Shown here in pieces: positions 62,193 through 64,000 of a stretch of DNA of 64,000 nucleotides. This DNA is from Okamejei kenojei (Eukaryota): contig CM069159.1 in NCBI GenBank assembly GCA_035221665.1, positions 17,484,001 to 17,548,000 on the forward strand, read 5' to 3'. Both the position numbers and the translations under genes were made by a program. The notes beneath the pieces were generated by a model. The model made no database searches, was not told the origin of the DNA, and saw nothing but the letters and a program-made list of their open reading frames with translations. Numbering within the stretch: the first letter of the stretch is position 1; every line of letters starts with the position of its first letter.

Positions 62193-63762
62193 AGGGTCTG
62201 CCCCACTGCGGGCGGCCTAACCCGTGAGTTAAAAAGAATGTCTTCAACCTTTAAGCTCGAGGGCACTCACCTGAAAACCTCGAGCTGGAGGTCGGTGGGG
62301 TTGCTGCGAGCCGGCAGCTCTGCCAGCAGTGAGCCGGCAGCCCTGCTAGCAGCAGGGTTTTTCTACTTTTTTTGTTTTTTATTGTGTCTCAATGTGTGTT
62401 TTTAATGTTTCCCTGTGTGTCTTATGTGGAGGGGTAAGGGGGAAACAGCTTTGGTCGCCTCCTCAACGGAGAGGCGACTTTTTCCATGTCGCCTCCCCCG
62501 CAGCCTACCGAGGATCGGTGCGGCCATTCCCGGAGACGCGCCTGGGGCTTCAGCAGCGGGCGCAACGCAGACTCTTTCGTTGTGGAGCGGGCGAGCCCTC
62601 GCTGGCCCACGGCAGCCTGAAGCCACGGTCTGCGGAGCTCCAGCTGGCGCGGCATCCGGAGACTGGGATCCCTCATTGGGGACCCCGGAGGAGAAGAGCT
62701 CCGACCGCTGGCCCGCGGCCTACATCAAACTACGGGCGCGGCGGGGATTTACCATCTGGAGCGGGATCCCTCGCCAGGGATCCCTGGAGAGGATCTCCGA
62801 CCGCCGGCCCTGTGGTCTGTGGTGCTTCTGGCTGTGGCGCGGCGGGGACTTTAGATCTTCGCCTGCAGCCTATAGCCTACGCCATCTTGAAGCCGCGGTC
62901 TCTGGTGGGGAAGCACTGATTCAGGATTTACCTGGACTTACCTTGTCTGCACATCTGGACGCCCCCAGCGGCGACTGCGGAGGGTTGTGGTACCAACCAC
63001 GGCGGAAAATTGAGGAGGACTGACTAAACTTTGGTGCCTTCCACCACAGTGATGAATGCTGTGGTGGATGTTTGTGTCAGATTTTTATTGTGTACTGTGT
63101 GTTCTTTTTTTATTGTACCGCTGCTGGCAAATTCATTTCACTTTGAATAAAACTTTACTTGACTCGGATCGACTGTCAACATTGAAACCGCGAGCTGGAT
63201 CGACCGACCGCACACACACACACACACAAACACAACGCAAAGGCTGGGGCCTGGGAAAGTGGGGGTGCGCTGTCTGAAATTCAGACCCGCGATGAAGAGG
63301 AAGATAAAAGATGGCTGCACAGTGTACAGTACTTTGAGGGGGGGGGGGGGGGGGAGGGAGAGAGAGAAGGGGGGAGAATGGGGAGAGACGCTTTTAAGAA
63401 GTATAATAAAGTTTTGCGGGCATTTTACCTACCGGTTGGTTTTCCTTGGTCCTGAAAACTCAAATGAGCCAATCAAAATGCCCGTTCAGCGAAGGAGATT
63501 GCCTATGGCAGCCCTCAACTAAATAGTGACCCCACTCCACTCCACTATGAGTTAAAAAGAACCATGCCGACCAAATTGTACACGCGGAAAATTTTTCAAC
63601 ATGCTGAAGTTTTTTCAGCGACCGAGCTGATGCCGCGAGCATGAAGGAGCCTTCCAGTGATCTCATAGGACCTCCTGGGACCACGTGTCGACCATGCTGC
63701 GAGTTTGAGTTGAGGGCAAACTCTTCTAAACTCACAGATTAGGTCGCAGTGGGACTGCCCCT
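62193..63762. mobile_element. PIF/Harbinger-type non-autonomous element with TAA TSD and a nested retroelement
   Basis: Left AGGGTCTGCCCCACTGCG and right CGCAGTGGGACTGCCCCT form imperfect TIRs. TAA at 62190-62192 and 63763-63765. Confidence 0.75.
62290..63163 (+). mobile_element. GC-rich non-autonomous element (copy 3)
   Basis: CpG-rich body, hairpin TCCACCACAG-N9-CTGTGGTGGA near 63040, and tail ATTTCACTTTGAATAAAACTTTACTTGAC. Confidence 0.6.
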
Positions 63763-63765
63763 TAA

Positions 63766-64000
63766 GAGTTAACCATAGACAGAGCAGGGGAATAGAGGAC
63801 CAGAGGGCATAGGTTCAAGGTGAAGAGGAAAAGATTTAATAGGAATCTGAGGGGTAACTTTTTCACACAAAGGGTGGTGGGTATATGGACCAAGCTGCCA
63901 GAGGAGGTAGTTCAGGCAGGGACTACTCGAATGTTTAAGAAATAGTCCGACAGGTGCATGGATAGGACAGGTTTGGAGGGATTTGAACCAAGCGCAGGCA
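63766..64000 (+). mobile_element. CR1/HER1-type 3' end, running off the window
   Basis: GACCAGAGGGCATAGGTTCAAGGTG...TTTTTCACACAAAGGGTGGTGGG...CTGCCAGAGGAGGTAG. Confidence 0.9.

Noticed and set aside
62392-63023. 175-202-aa ORFs in a CpG-rich segment, or a CpG-island promoter
   Set aside because: The segment lies inside a repeat nested in a TIR element. GC richness explains the lack of stops, and no domain is recognisable.

Overview
Repeat-rich vertebrate genomic DNA. The repeat complement points to a cartilaginous fish, most likely a skate or ray: HE1/V-type tRNA SINEs, HER1/CR1 LINE 3' ends, Rex1/Babar LINEs, Penelope-like elements and DeuSINE-like relics. No complete protein-coding gene is visible, and the window reads as a large intron or intergenic tract. 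Nearly all listed ORFs are retroelement fragments or low-complexity artefacts. There are a few unconfirmed + strand exon candidates (55826-55895, an 18-nt microexon at 35296-35313, 14310-14444). The most notable structures are: (1) many short Penelope-derived inserts, several with target-site duplications, carrying a minimal hammerhead-ribozyme motif that is shared with a long Penelope RT/GIY-YIG element; (2) a 4.4-kb PIF/Harbinger-type non-autonomous element carrying an A/B-alternating tandem array with microsatellite spacers; (3) a 118-bp inverted templated insertion and smaller repair-like scars; (4) retroelements shortened by many small deletions, possibly consensus artefacts. All calls were made by eye, and boundaries of degenerate repeats are approximate.
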